64,000 nt of DNA from an uncultured Kiritimatiellota bacterium (GCA_944389945.1 CALXOF010000011.1:539-64538); one strand, 5' to 3'. Shown: positions 21,101-30,370, counted from the stretch's first letter. Translations and numbers: made by a program. The notes: a model not told the origin generated them from the letters alone.

Positions 21101-24100
21101 CAGCCGGCATTCCGGTGGTTCACGCCTTCGGTCAAGGGGCTGTCGTCTGCCGTACGGTAATAAGCACCATAGTTGGTGTGGATGGTGTAGAAGGTGCGGT
21201 TGGCGGAGGTGTTGCCCTGACGCTTGACGGGGACGACGCCGTTCTGCGGGGCCTCCAGATTATCCGCGTCATAGGTGTTCGGGACGGCGTAGGCAGCAGG
21301 AATCTCGGTGACATCACCGCTACTGGGGGTGGTGCTGGCGAAACGCCAAGAGGTGAGATTGACGCCGACGGGGACACAGATCTCCGCGAAGGAGGTGAGC
21401 GAGGGGGTGGCGGAGCTGTGGTCGGTGAAGTTCAGTTCATTGAGGAAGACTTCGCCGGGGACGCAGGAGTACATCCAGAAGTAGGGGGAGAAGAACTCGC
21501 TGCCGACCTCGGAGTCACCTTCGGGGAGGGCGGCGTTGTGGGCGTCGCGGATTTCCTTGTTGAGGCTGCGGGGGAAGTACCACGCGGGCTCCTTGTAGTC
21601 GGCGGCGTTGATGACGGACATGTACCACTCGGTGGACTCGGAGCCATCGGCGTTCAGCTGGGTGCCCTGGTAGACGGCCCAGACGACGTAGCGGACGAGG
21701 GAGTTCTCGGGGAGGCCGGCGATGCCCGTGCGGGAGAGGTCGCCGTAGAAGTAGGTGTTGCCGGCGGCACCGGGCTCGAGCTTGAGCTCGACGGTGTCCG
21801 AGCGCGTCCAATTGGGATCCTGGCCGACCTCGGCGGGGGTGGGCTTATTGAACCAAGCGGAGATGGGCCAGGTGTCGGTGGCCGCCGTCCAACGGTAGAT
21901 GGGGCTCTCCGGGGAGCCGTTGAAGGAGTTGCCGAAGACATCCGTGTAGGAACCGGAGGTGACCCGGAGGGTGGAGGCCTCGGTGGTCTGGTAGGTGAAG
22001 AAGACGCGGACGGTGTCGTCCTTCACGAGCTGACGGTTGCCGACGGTGGCGCAGACGCGGAGGATGGACGCGCCGGAGACGGGCTGGGAGAGCGGCGAGG
22101 TGGAGACGAACGCGTCGGGATTGTTGGGGCCGGCGACGTTAGAGAAGGCGACGTCCGTAATGCGGAGGTTGGGGGAGACGGGGTCGCAGACGGCGAGGCG
22201 GTCGATAAGGACGCGGCCATAGCCACCGTCATAGCCTTCAGGCGCGTAGGCAGAGGTGGGGGCGACCCAGAGGCGCAGGCGGCGGATGTCGCGGTAGGTG
22301 AAGGTGACACCCTCGGGGAAGGTGATCTTGGAGAGGTCGGGCTCGTAGACGGTGTAGACGGTGTTGGCGACGTCGACGGAGGTGAGGATGGAGAAGTCGC
22401 TGGCCTTCAGGTCCTTGAAATCTGCCGTGGAGGTGGTGCCGGCGATGTAGAGGCGGACGGGGTCAGCGTTCGACGCGGCGAGGCGCGCGGCAAAGGCGAC
22501 ACGGCCGACACCGGTGCCAGCCTCCAGGAGGGGCGAATCGATGTAGGTGTGGGTGAGCTGCTCGGTGACAACGTTGTTGAACTGGAAGGCGGTGGTGAGG
22601 GCGGCCTTCTCGGCGAAGGTGTCCTGGGTCAGGGTGTTGCCGTCCTCGGTGAGGAGCGTGTCGGCGGCCTGGCGGTCCTTCCAATAGAGGAGGTCGACGG
22701 GGGTGTCGGTGAGGCGGGCATTGCCGGCGGCCCAGGAGGCCAGGACGCCCTCGCGGTTGTCGGAGACGACGACATTGTCGAGGTAGACGTAGGGGTCGTA
22801 AGTGGAATCGCTGTTGGAGGAGACGACCATGACCAGACGGAGGGTGCCGCCCCTACCCCTGTCATCGCTGACAATCTCCTCGCCATCAACGCGCGGGGTG
22901 ACGGAGACGGAGGACCACTCGCCGGAGATATTGTTCAGCACGATGGGGTCGGAAGCGCTGACCCAGCCCGAGGTGGCATTGCGTTCGTCCGTCAAGAAGT
23001 TGGTGTTCTCACGGGTTCCGCTATTATACTGCAATATGAGGGTGACGGACTCGGGGGTGCCACTCTCGCGCGGGGGGATGCAGTAATCGAAGGAGACGGG
23101 GCCATAGCCGACGTTGCTCCAGGGGAAGTAGAGGGCCAGAGAGGCATCGGTGGTTCTCGTACCGTTGATAGTCGTCTCGGTGTACTTGGTGTTCCGGCGG
23201 GAGCGCTGCATCAGGAGGACCTGTTCGCCGGAGTAGCTCCACTGATTGACGTTGATTTCGGCATCGTCGCGCGGGCGCACCCAGACGCCGACGGCGGAGA
23301 AGCCGGCCCCGGTGGTGTCGCCGGAGAAGCCCTCGTTGGTGTTGGTGGGGACGCGCGTCTCGCCATTGCGGTTTTCGTCATCGCCGCACCAGGAGGTGAC
23401 GGTGATATCATCGACGAAGATGCCGGTCACATCGCTCGAGTTAGCGGCGGAGCAGGAGATGGAAAGGTCTGCGTTGGAGCGGCCAAGGGTGACGGTGGTG
23501 GTGGACATCGTGCCGAACTTAGCCTGCAACGTTTTGGTTACGACCGGCTGTCCTCGGCTGGAGAGGACGAGGCGCAACTGGCCGGACTGGGCGGAGGAAG
23601 GCCTATTGCGGGAGAGGCGAATCGTGCCGCCGCTCGTCTCGCGCTGAGCGGTCCAGCAAGCGCCCCAAGAAGGCGCATTGGGCAAGGAGGGCTGTTCGAA
23701 GGTGGTCTCGGCACCAACGCCATGGCCGCTGAAGGTGTTCACCGGCGCATTCCCAGACCGCAGGTAGCGGAAGGAGGGGGCGCATTCCGCCGAGCCGACG
23801 GCGAGGTAGAAGCCATCCTGCGGGACGGTGACGCGGTAGCTCTCGTGTGAACGGGCGATGGTGGTGGAGTAATCGTCGGTGTTGTTGGCATTCGAAGTGC
23901 GAGCGGCACGGAGACGACTATTCTCATCAAGCCAGAAGGCGAAGGCGCTTCCGGCGAGGGTGGTGATGTCCGGCACCACGACGGAATAGACGGTTCCAGC
24001 GTTGCTCGAGGCCAAGGGGATGGGGGTCACACTCCCGCTAGCCCAACTGTACATCTCGGCAATGATGCATTCGCGCGGCTCGCTGTCCGTGGCCGTGGTG

Positions 24101-27100
24101 AAGTTCAGGATTTGGGAGAGGCGGAGCTCGTAGGTGACGGACGCAGACGCATTTTCGAGGTAGTAAGAGATGGAGATACCGGAGGGCGCGCAGGAGGTGG
24201 TGAAGTTCGTGGTGTCGATGCCTGCGGAGAGGCCATAGCCGGTGAGCGCACCATCGTTGCCGATCAGCCTGGCACGATAGTTCATCTCATACGGCATGGA
24301 GAGAGTGTAAGAGAGCGAGACGGTACCGATGCCCTTCAGGTTCGCATCTTCGTTAGGCGTCAAGCTATCGTTGGGGCCGAGTCGCACCATGGCGTTGGGC
24401 ATCCAGGTGCCGTCGCCCAGGCGGGAGGTGTTGCGGCGCAAGACCAATTCGGTGCCCGAACTCAGTTCGAAATACTGCGACCATGGGGAGATGCCGGACA
24501 TCTCACTCGGCGTCTGGGACAGGAGGCCGGGGTTGGCGGAACCGGAGGCGGCGCCCCACTGGCGGAAGTTATACGTGCTGGCACGTTCGTTGTTGGGATA
24601 GTAGAAGGGATAGGCGCTAGACGCCAACTGCGTCGTGGTGCGGGCGACACCGAAGGAATCGGTGAAGGAGGAGGTCTCGGAGAGGGGGCCCTCATCGGGA
24701 ATCCAGCCTTCGACAATGGTGCGCTCGCCGGTGACGCTACTCGTGCCGAACTCACGGATATCGAAGTCGGCCGTATGGGTGGAGACGTCCTCGCGGAAGT
24801 CGGTGTTGGTGAAGCCGTCGTTCTCGTCGGAACCGATGGCATCCCAGGTGTTGAAGTCCTGGCAGTAGGAGCCGACAAGGGAGATGTCGGGCCCTTGTGC
24901 GTTGGTGGAGAAGTCGATGGCGACGGAGATGTGGGAGTTGGGGATGGAGAGGGGGACGACCACGGGCGTGGTAGTTTCCTCATCGCCAACGGCGACCAAG
25001 GTGGAGGAGGTGGCGGGGACGGCGGCGAGCGTGGCGGGCATGGTGGAGGCATTGCCGGAGGCGGCGGAGCCGAACCAAGAAAGCGAGCCATCGGGAGCGG
25101 TGGCAAAGACGCGGAAGGCAAGGTAGCCCTCGGTGCCGGTCTCGCTGCGGCCGGTCGCGCCATCGGGGAGCGTGAAGTAGGCGTCAGGGGCCCAGACGTA
25201 GACGGCAGAGTCATCGCGGGAGCCGTCGCTATGGGTGGCCTCGCGGAGGACGCGGGGGATGTCGGCGCGCCACAGTTTCGGGTTGAGGGCGTCGGGAAGC
25301 ATGGGCACGTCGAGCGTGAGGAAGGTGTAGCTGGTGCTCTCGTCGCCGCTACGGTAGAAGACGCGGAGGGTGACGCCCTCATTGGAGGTCTCCTGCTCAC
25401 GGAGGTCGGCGACCATGGGGTGATAAATAAACTCGGGGAGCTGCTCCTCCGCGGGGGCGGTGGCGTCGTAGTCAGGGTTCGGCGTGGTATAGACGGAGAT
25501 TTCGCCGAGAACGGACTCGCGCTGGTCGATGACCTCACGTCCGGCGAGGAAGGAGCCGAGGATGCCGTAATTCAGCTTGACGTCATAGACGCCGGGGAGG
25601 GCGCCGGTGACCCGGTTGGCGCTATTGAGGGCGAAGGCGTTCTCGGTGACGTTGACGGAACCGTTGGGATTGGTGGTCAGGGTGACGGGGGAGAAGGTGG
25701 CGGTGAGGTCGCTCACGTTGGCGGCGTTGGAGTTGGAGACCGTAACGTTTGCGGCGGAATACCATTGGGCGGTCGTGTCGTCATTGGCGCGGCGGCGGAG
25801 CTGGATGTCGGCCGTGTAGCCGCGGGGGAGATTGTCGGCGGCGCCGGTGGCCTTCAGGGTGAGGGTCCAGCGGCCATTGGCGGCGGCAAAGAGGGGGTCG
25901 GGGTTGACGATGGGGGCCGCATCGAAAGAGGCGGAGGGCGCGGCGGAACGCACAATCAGGTCGCGGATGGTGATGGCATACAGATACTGCTCGCCGCCCG
26001 AGTAGGTGCCGTCGCGCACGATGCGGAAACGGCAACCGGCGGTGCCGAGGTCTTCGGGGATGGCGACGGTATAGGTTTCGAGATTGATGGTGGGCATGAT
26101 GATGCCGGCGGGGTTTTCGTCCCCTTCGCCCACGAGCGTCCAGGCGGAGCCGTTCCAGACCTCGACGCGGAGGTACTGCTCCTCCATTGCGGAGGCGAGG
26201 GCGGCCTGGAAGGAGACGGAGGCAATGCCATCGGGATAGGTGGGGGAGACCAGGCTGGGCTTGAGGGTGCCGGAGCCTTCCGTGCTGAGGAGCTGAACGC
26301 CGCCCACGCCGTCAAAGGTGTCGCCGATGACGCCGCCATGGATTTCCCAAGTGGTGTCGCCGGGCATGACGCCCAGGGTCCAGTGATAGACGGAGCCCCA
26401 GCGGTCAAGGGTGTCGGTCAGGAGGCCGTCGGCCCAGTCGACCGTGGCACCCGAGCCGTCATCGTAGGCGCCTTCGTGGGAGACCCAGACGCGGGGGTCG
26501 GTGAAGGTCTGCTTGCGGCCGGCATCCTGGATGTCGGAGACACGAGTGAAGGAGCCGATACCGTAGGTGCCCGCGACGTACCATTCGTAGGTGCTCTCGC
26601 CGTTCAGCAACGAGGCGATGAAGGGATCGTCGGTGCCATAAGTCTCGCGGCTGAGGTAGGTGCACTCCCAGCGGGCGGGGTTGACCGAGGAGGTCTGTTC
26701 GGCAGAGGCGACGTAGTCCGGGGTAGCGTCGCCGGAGGTGACGACGTCGTAGTTCGTGGCGCCGGTCTGCGGCATGGGATAGAAGCCGCTGGCGGGGGTG
26801 GTGTCGCCCGCGGCATAGGGTGCATCGCGCACCAGGAGGATGGAGCCATCGAAGGCGGTCTCGGGGCCCTTGTGGGGGCGGAACATCAGGCGCGAGGGCC
26901 TGGCGTAGGTCGGCATGCCGTAGGTCGTGCCCGTGCGCGGGATGGAGAGGGTGACCTTGACGCGGACGCGATCACTGTCGCCGGTGGCGGGCTGGCCATC
27001 GGCGGTGGTCACGTTTTCATTGGTCGTGGCGTCGAGCAGAGAGACGGCGTAGAGCACCCTGTCGGACTGGACGATGCCGGTGTCCTGTTGCGCCCAAGCG

Positions 27101-27165
27101 GCGGGCCCTCCGAAGAGTCCCACCGCCACCGTCATCAGCGCCCAAAATTGGAAGCGTTTCATCAT
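15148..27165 (-). CDS. Giant secreted protein (4005 aa), T/S/D/N/G/W/Y-rich, no recognisable catalytic motif
   Basis: Uninterrupted 12-kb ORF, far too long to arise by chance. N-terminal signal peptide MMKRFQFWALMTVAVGLFGGPAAWAQQD. Composition is typical of a beta-rich extracellular adhesin-like protein. Its start is 3 bp downstream of the pseudopilin-like gene stop. Confidence 0.8.
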   Translation of the reverse strand: MMKRFQFWALMTVAVGLFGGPAAWAQQDTGIVQSDRVLYAVSLLDATTNENVTTADGQPATGDSDRVRVKVTLSIPRTGTTYGMPTYARPSRLMFRPHKGPETAFDGSILLVRDAPYAAGDTTPASGFYPMPQTGATNYDVVTSGDATPDYVASAEQTSSVNPARWECTYLSRETYGTDDPFIASLLNGESTYEWYVAGTYGIGSFTRVSDIQDAGRKQTFTDPRVWVSHEGAYDDGSGATVDWADGLLTDTLDRWGSVYHWTLGVMPGDTTWEIHGGVIGDTFDGVGGVQLLSTEGSGTLKPSLVSPTYPDGIASVSFQAALASAMEEQYLRVEVWNGSAWTLVGEGDENPAGIIMPTINLETYTVAIPEDLGTAGCRFRIVRDGTYSGGEQYLYAITIRDLIVRSAAPSASFDAAPIVNPDPLFAAANGRWTLTLKATGAADNLPRGYTADIQLRRRANDDTTAQWYSAANVTVSNSNAANVSDLTATFSPVTLTTNPNGSVNVTENAFALNSANRVTGALPGVYDVKLNYGILGSFLAGREVIDQRESVLGEISVYTTPNPDYDATAPAEEQLPEFIYHPMVADLREQETSNEGVTLRVFYRSGDESTSYTFLTLDVPMLPDALNPKLWRADIPRVLREATHSDGSRDDSAVYVWAPDAYFTLPDGATGRSETGTEGYLAFRVFATAPDGSLSWFGSAASGNASTMPATLAAVPATSSTLVAVGDEETTTPVVVPLSIPNSHISVAIDFSTNAQGPDISLVGSYCQDFNTWDAIGSDENDGFTNTDFREDVSTHTADFDIREFGTSSVTGERTIVEGWIPDEGPLSETSSFTDSFGVARTTTQLASSAYPFYYPNNERASTYNFRQWGAASGSANPGLLSQTPSEMSGISPWSQYFELSSGTELVLRRNTSRLGDGTWMPNAMVRLGPNDSLTPNEDANLKGIGTVSLSYTLSMPYEMNYRARLIGNDGALTGYGLSAGIDTTNFTTSCAPSGISISYYLENASASVTYELRLSQILNFTTATDSEPRECIIAEMYSWASGSVTPIPLASSNAGTVYSVVVPDITTLAGSAFAFWLDENSRLRAARTSNANNTDDYSTTIARSHESYRVTVPQDGFYLAVGSAECAPSFRYLRSGNAPVNTFSGHGVGAETTFEQPSLPNAPSWGACWTAQRETSGGTIRLSRNRPSSAQSGQLRLVLSSRGQPVVTKTLQAKFGTMSTTTVTLGRSNADLSISCSAANSSDVTGIFVDDITVTSWCGDDENRNGETRVPTNTNEGFSGDTTGAGFSAVGVWVRPRDDAEINVNQWSYSGEQVLLMQRSRRNTKYTETTINGTRTTDASLALYFPWSNVGYGPVSFDYCIPPRESGTPESVTLILQYNSGTRENTNFLTDERNATSGWVSASDPIVLNNISGEWSSVSVTPRVDGEEIVSDDRGRGGTLRLVMVVSSNSDSTYDPYVYLDNVVVSDNREGVLASWAAGNARLTDTPVDLLYWKDRQAADTLLTEDGNTLTQDTFAEKAALTTAFQFNNVVTEQLTHTYIDSPLLEAGTGVGRVAFAARLAASNADPVRLYIAGTTSTADFKDLKASDFSILTSVDVANTVYTVYEPDLSKITFPEGVTFTYRDIRRLRLWVAPTSAYAPEGYDGGYGRVLIDRLAVCDPVSPNLRITDVAFSNVAGPNNPDAFVSTSPLSQPVSGASILRVCATVGNRQLVKDDTVRVFFTYQTTEASTLRVTSGSYTDVFGNSFNGSPESPIYRWTAATDTWPISAWFNKPTPAEVGQDPNWTRSDTVELKLEPGAAGNTYFYGDLSRTGIAGLPENSLVRYVVWAVYQGTQLNADGSESTEWYMSVINAADYKEPAWYFPRSLNKEIRDAHNAALPEGDSEVGSEFFSPYFWMYSCVPGEVFLNELNFTDHSSATPSLTSFAEICVPVGVNLTSWRFASTTPSSGDVTEIPAAYAVPNTYDADNLEAPQNGVVPVKRQGNTSANRTFYTIHTNYGAYYRTADDSPLTEGVNHRNAGWGDQIQLGDGIFQTATDGAVTSALLYRPTGGAEHIVIFSTATASSASGSTNKEALADLRDTYYSAYSDNGFAVDSATEGDDTDDALAVRSPWYQTFLDTSWEDESGDDGFADRRVSALAHARRLAVADSFYADANGRYDRSGNAAATPTWVYERASNARAASVSTVDMGGKWVSRRNAVAGVGDNGPGDLTHILTGTWPDDLNPVTNTRPDEPVEADDNSIELDTDAVAPVVQVTPRQVNPDQYILQYSGLTQCGVISEISGAGTHTLYLPNKTTPTETRRGGNEEVSWSVDAAGEPTATLTYDALPFHHLTGLRVRMLDSQSGTYLAEGTQTVDGRTLPGIADRVSFSTGGSFDFGTVTNNWVSVTLPADSTSFDIVAILHDPDNPDDTETRYLLEAEATFAFDSDNPDARALITGVRPCTALPEETTDGSAPTVSAQRNQPWWGSGFGFEADYNATLLEQNNLSLEAILVFYPDPGHRADWGLNAAWVGANYTDPNATAPAPTLSLEGRTFADATEQISTILTPDYGTRVAQLNPNDGRFASASLVGILGTSYSTPDDTTNGGGIEPAIPYVAWGVYRATFQTDSGNGSVDFLVRQALPGEAASASVTPFVYPSWYAPVEDLNVAGAGTAMPYFYLYSTPPESAWLNEVNIANPAGDSTNLAAEVVMPVLRDGITAAGVPQTTPDGWQVFTYDSTGAQAATPATLTPTDDAANAPQSGSTSYAYYTATLSASNDLRAYVLHRPCGAAEGGVWLSADATGGTAVNGPASLTMTPWLTPGGTGNVFNGVTDSTGTAGSVQLVGRLVSRGDNEAYRGISSLAAERDQWAFRAATLGEDNLDENGNPIKPDPEPEWNQVAFTITLRNVTYGTGLCGSWNKGYFIENTTGRTETATETASGRDWVYSELNNGNVFSFKPRTGYCFDSIALPPELIGHVMLIGSSNGVLSEDTVLQAYNQNIQARDTADNPTTITTGDWLTLNGRATVERDANGNPTGVISFDREFDEDGADGDETFADQDDFVITLLFVDEPASANNTITVSFAQGETGAGAWLATQTLFAIDTATGDPIEDKGGETVTFPIWDDAEGNARGEHKDVHGWLYQPLVGDTLGMSVVIDPSRGLIGGKLGDAQTLCQNFANNNTRLYLAWSLIPAATVNAADPTGGSVTTASTDFFNQWSLARWIGSKPSIGDGLTTTLSAIRQKLASSYNATTGTDYCAAAGIVPLKFIGFRDPDLVVSEDAQDGGIIQAPADYTDEEFLANARVAFRTMTPDEFAGGGFDESGFADGLAPFTQSIDMTDELFWQNGAVLRFAIVVADSEGTVYDAQGIANFTSDGFEGYCPWYVPDDQANINAVAKERKIEPSPYAWIYNIAPTGVWLNEFRPTRKTTAGEDTISFGIELAMEASPVAVVTGAEDETLTYVDPATLTNLSTDYNSYYLRPKRSLDGWSIALKVAPLPATTAPLDVPIEWTDVETNIPLTGWVPYRRLLPHAGQNDVYDTDYYVIGDTRIGNTYEDGFVEDQEEGNLHFLQHRYTEGNANTFSWFPAEDPLANVPADAAALSGNYSNGALYALQLVRDNGVVADEILFCDYPANWLVGPAAEQLQRAVDIENASHIVSATVRSVTSTRLALAEIQNGSGSYMLVDEFSHTNLGAADDVATFEGTSWGVDPYATQMNTFPGPNGWWVGNTSEYTQTRSDFRMETSAAGRMLALSAQIVGGRDGSLALQHNGTNAQTGRAVSFVGSFGDTYALSVNQLWDDKWFRLSSITKNGKPLAAQAKRLTTFSVADAGTLSAAPSMSIDSGLLEADTDYVLTLVYSPAAARLDDTGALNSEDDGFLDWVLKNDPDAILKQTQDDGVTASEKYWLGFDSAIEVADVNLNFTRIGTYEEDAAVAAGGEPAAPVPTVSIAFTNNGEPITAIRGDGALVLLGKVSLDDPEWRYIQRLYPEDLNGERVLILSGTDCNFFRAVLLSVKDAEAKGRATDVSRP

Positions 27166-27168
27166 GCG

Positions 27169-28311
27169 TTATTTCCCATCTGGCGAGCCATTTCGGTTCA
27201 ACCCACCGGAGCCATAATACTTAGAGACCTTCTTGCGTGCGCTCGTGTCTGGGCTGTCGGGGTCTGAAGAGGGATCACGGATGGTCTCCACGCGACCATC
27301 GCCGAAGCAGACGTAGGCAATCCAAACGCCGCCGTCATCATGGTTGAAGCCGATGCACTCATCGTGCTCGTCCCAGTCCCACACCTGGTCGCCGGCCAAA
27401 CCATTCTGGTTGGAAATCTGTTCGTCGTCGAGGTCGAGCTCCACGAAGAGAACGGTGTTGGAGGGGGAGGCCTCCTGTCGCTCATTGTTGCCCTGACCGG
27501 TGCGGGGGCGGAGGGAGGTGGCGCCCAAGCGGATGGCCTTGTGCTGGGTCTTGCCGCCGCAGCAGAAGATTTGCTCGTAACCGGCGTCTTGGTAATAGTC
27601 GTCTTCGTAGAGGTCTCGGTCAGCGCCGGCGATGACATTCATGGCATAGGCGCGGACGACCTCGTCCTCGGTGGCGACACGGCCCAACTCCACGGCGCGC
27701 GTGTTGAAGGCGGGATTGGTGTAGGCCTCGAGGTTCTTGTTGAGGTATTCATAGAGGGCGCCGTTCATGATGGCGACCTGGCCGTTGGAGAACTTGCCCT
27801 CGTCCTTCTTGTCGGCCCAGGCGGCGGGGACGGCGTTGAGGCCGCCCTCTTCGCTGCGGGAGTCAAAGCAAATGCAGACGCCGGCCTCGTTGACCTCGTC
27901 GCCCTGGAGGTTGCCGTTCGCGTCGACCATGCCGATGCCGGCGAGGTCGCCCCCCTGCTTATGGTTGCCGTCGCCCACCTTGTCGCCGTTGGGGTCCTCG
28001 GAGCGGGGGCAATCATGCTCAAAATAGACCCACCCGCGGGAGCGGCCGAAACGCTCTTCGCGGCGAGAGCCATCGTAACTGGAAAATTCCGTGAAGACGC
28101 CGCCGGCGGCCGGCCACGCGCCGTGCTCGCTCTTATACGCCAAGGCCGCCTGCCCCAGATTACGCAAATTGTTCGTGGCCACCGCGGCATCACCGAAACC
28201 GAGCGCACCCCCGATCACCGGCACCAAAACGGCGGCCAGAATGCCCACAATCACGATGACCACAAGCAGTTCGATCAACGTGAAGCCTAGCTTACGCGCA
28301 ACATTTGTCAT
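27169..28311 (-). CDS. Prepilin-type N-terminal cleavage/methylation domain protein (T2SS pseudopilin-like, HX9DG/DUF1559-type)
   Basis: MTNVARKLGFTLIELLVVIVIVGILAAVLVPV is the class III signal and methylation motif. C-terminal AYVCFGDGRVETI matches the HX9DG-type motif abundant in PVC genomes. Confidence 0.85.
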   Translation of the reverse strand: MTNVARKLGFTLIELLVVIVIVGILAAVLVPVIGGALGFGDAAVATNNLRNLGQAALAYKSEHGAWPAAGGVFTEFSSYDGSRREERFGRSRGWVYFEHDCPRSEDPNGDKVGDGNHKQGGDLAGIGMVDANGNLQGDEVNEAGVCICFDSRSEEGGLNAVPAAWADKKDEGKFSNGQVAIMNGALYEYLNKNLEAYTNPAFNTRAVELGRVATEDEVVRAYAMNVIAGADRDLYEDDYYQDAGYEQIFCCGGKTQHKAIRLGATSLRPRTGQGNNERQEASPSNTVLFVELDLDDEQISNQNGLAGDQVWDWDEHDECIGFNHDDGGVWIAYVCFGDGRVETIRDPSSDPDSPDTSARKKVSKYYGSGGLNRNGSPDGK

Positions 28312-28590
28312 CTGCGAAACCTCGTACGTTGAGAATAGTATAGAGGAAACGGCGGCAAGATGGAAGGATTTTTTTGCGGCAAGCGCGCCTTTGGCCGCTT
28401 TACCGCAAAAAAAGAGAGAACGGAGAACGGAAAACAGAGAACAGAAGGGGTGGTTGCGCCACCCCGGAGAACAGAAAAAGGAAGGCAGAGGCCTGCGCGC
28501 GCGGCAACCGCGCGGCGACCCTCTTTATATAATAAGGTAGCATTGCGCCTCCCGCGCCTTCGAAAACACCCCCTCAAAAGGCTCTTCGCG

Positions 28591-28680
28591 GACCCTTAAG
28601 GGTTTCGACCCCGACCACTATAGGGTCTCACCTCCGACCACTATAGTGGTTGACCTCGGACCACTATAGGGTCTCAGAAA
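28591..28680 (-). repeat. REP-like palindromic element copy A4
   Basis: Same unit as at 14759. Confidence 0.85.
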
Positions 28681-28694
28681 GGCCCTTTTGGGGC

Positions 28695-30290
28695 TTAGAC
28701 GCGGGGGTCTAGGGGTGGTGCCGCTAGCGTTTCGACCACGGCGTCGTCAAGCGAATGGTTCTCGGACTTGAAGTTGAGGCCGATGAGGTGGATGGGCTTG
28801 TCCAGGGCGCGATAGGGCTCGGCATAGCCGTTGGCCTTGATTTGGGCGAGAGCCTCGGCGGCGGACTTGTCGACCTTGAGCTCGAAGACGTAGACGTTAC
28901 GTTGGCTCTCGACCACCAAATCGGCACGACCTTGGGCCTGCGTGTCCTCGGCAATCACGCGAAGTGCAGGGTGCGAGGCCAGCAGGGCATAGAGCGGGCG
29001 CAGGTAACCGGATTCATGCACACGCGCCTCGGTGGAGCCGTAAGTCAGGTGCGCGTAGAGCGCCTTGAGCTTGGCGAAGAAGCACGGAAAGTCGCCTTTG
29101 CCAAGGAGCGTACAGAGGGAACCGTGGTAGTCGACCGCGAAGTCCTTGGTGGCATATTGAGCCAAAAGCGAGGCGAGGCCACGGCGGACTTCCTCGTTGG
29201 GGACGCCGAGGGTGAAGCCCCATTCGGAGTAATCCTTGATGGTGAGGTAACCGCTTTGATAAAGGATGGAGACCGGCAAGATGGCCTCCAGACGGCAGAT
29301 GTCGAGGGCCTCCTCGGAGATGTTCTCCACGTTGTCGTAATCCATCTCCGTCAGTTCGTGATCAGACAGATAGTTGATTAGCACGGAAGGGGTTCCGGTC
29401 TTTGACCACGTGGGCGCAAAGATCTTCCGTTTCGCACCGAGTGTCTTGGCAATGGCGACGGGATTGTAGACGCGCGTCTCGCAATCCGGAGAGAAACGGT
29501 AGCCATTGTACCACCGGCGGAGCTCCGCGCGGTAGTCCTCGTAAGGAAGCCCCATGATATCGGCGTGCGCGTGCAGGGAGGGGCTGAAGTTGGCTTCCAA
29601 TTCCTCTTCCGTGTAACCCAGGAGCGTGGCATAGCGCGACTCCATCGTCAGGTCGTTGAGGTTGTTGAGCGCAGAGAAGACGGAGAGCTGAGTGAAGCGC
29701 GTGACCCCCGTCATCATCATGAAGCGGATGTCGGAGGCATTGTTCTTAATCTCACCGTAAAAAGCGGAAAGCGTCGCACGGATGGCCGTGGCCTTCGCGG
29801 GATCACTGAGCGCGGCGCCGACCGGCGCATCGTACTCGTCGACAAGGACAACTACGGGCTTACCGCGATGCCGGGCAAGCGCCTTAATGGCACGCGAGAA
29901 ATTGTCGTTTGGCGCGAGTGCCGGGTTATAGTCAACGTTGGCCGCATCAAACACTTCTTGCACACGCGCCACAAAGCCGGCCTTGAACCCTTCAAGCGTC
30001 TCCACATCCATCGTGGCGAAGTTGAAATGCAGGATGGGATACTCTGCCCAATCGTAGTCCATCTTGTCGATGGCGAGCCCCTTGAAGAGCTCGCGCTTGC
30101 CTTGGAAGATGTACTTCAGCGTCGAGAGCATGAGGGACTTGCCAAAACGCCGCGGACGGGAGATGAAGAAGAAAGAATCGCTCCCTCGCGTCAGCAAGGG
30201 ATACAACACCGCCGTCTTGTCGACATAGATATAGCCATCCTCCCGCAATTTACGGAAGTCAAAGACACTCTGTGCAATCTTCTGTTCCAT
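28695..30290 (-). CDS. AAA-ATPase-like domain protein with C-terminal PD-(D/E)XK nuclease-like domain (PF09820/PF08011-type), paralog 1
   Basis: Start MEQKIAQSVFDFRKLREDGYIYVDKT; P-loop ISRPRRFGKSLMLSTLKYIF; C-terminal GRADLVVESQRNVYVFELKVDKS is a PD-(D/E)XK-like core. About 80% aa identity to the ORF at 40206-41777. Confidence 0.85.
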   Translation of the reverse strand: MEQKIAQSVFDFRKLREDGYIYVDKTAVLYPLLTRGSDSFFFISRPRRFGKSLMLSTLKYIFQGKRELFKGLAIDKMDYDWAEYPILHFNFATMDVETLEGFKAGFVARVQEVFDAANVDYNPALAPNDNFSRAIKALARHRGKPVVVLVDEYDAPVGAALSDPAKATAIRATLSAFYGEIKNNASDIRFMMMTGVTRFTQLSVFSALNNLNDLTMESRYATLLGYTEEELEANFSPSLHAHADIMGLPYEDYRAELRRWYNGYRFSPDCETRVYNPVAIAKTLGAKRKIFAPTWSKTGTPSVLINYLSDHELTEMDYDNVENISEEALDICRLEAILPVSILYQSGYLTIKDYSEWGFTLGVPNEEVRRGLASLLAQYATKDFAVDYHGSLCTLLGKGDFPCFFAKLKALYAHLTYGSTEARVHESGYLRPLYALLASHPALRVIAEDTQAQGRADLVVESQRNVYVFELKVDKSAAEALAQIKANGYAEPYRALDKPIHLIGLNFKSENHSLDDAVVETLAAPPLDPRV

Positions 30291-30320
30291 GGCTCTGCTC
30301 CTTGCCCACAGTATAGCAAA
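30291..30320 (-). promoter_or_regulatory. -10-like box TTTTGCTATACT upstream of paralog 1 start
   Basis: Reverse complement reads cttttgctatactgtgggcaaggagcagagccATG. The same TTTTGCTATACTG box lies about 20 nt upstream of the paralog 2 ATG at 40206. Confidence 0.35.
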
Positions 30321-30370
30321 AGGGCAGAAGCTTATGCCGCCCAGAGAACGGAGGCCAAGGCGTTCGGCAA

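Noticed and set aside
16270-27267. Plus-strand ORFs of 1514, 949 and 1051 aa (16270-20814, 21001-23850, 24112-27267)
   Set aside because: They lie antisense to the 4005-aa gene and are G/A/V/E/D-rich low-complexity shadows. The minus strand has a signal peptide and protein-like composition over the full 12 kb.
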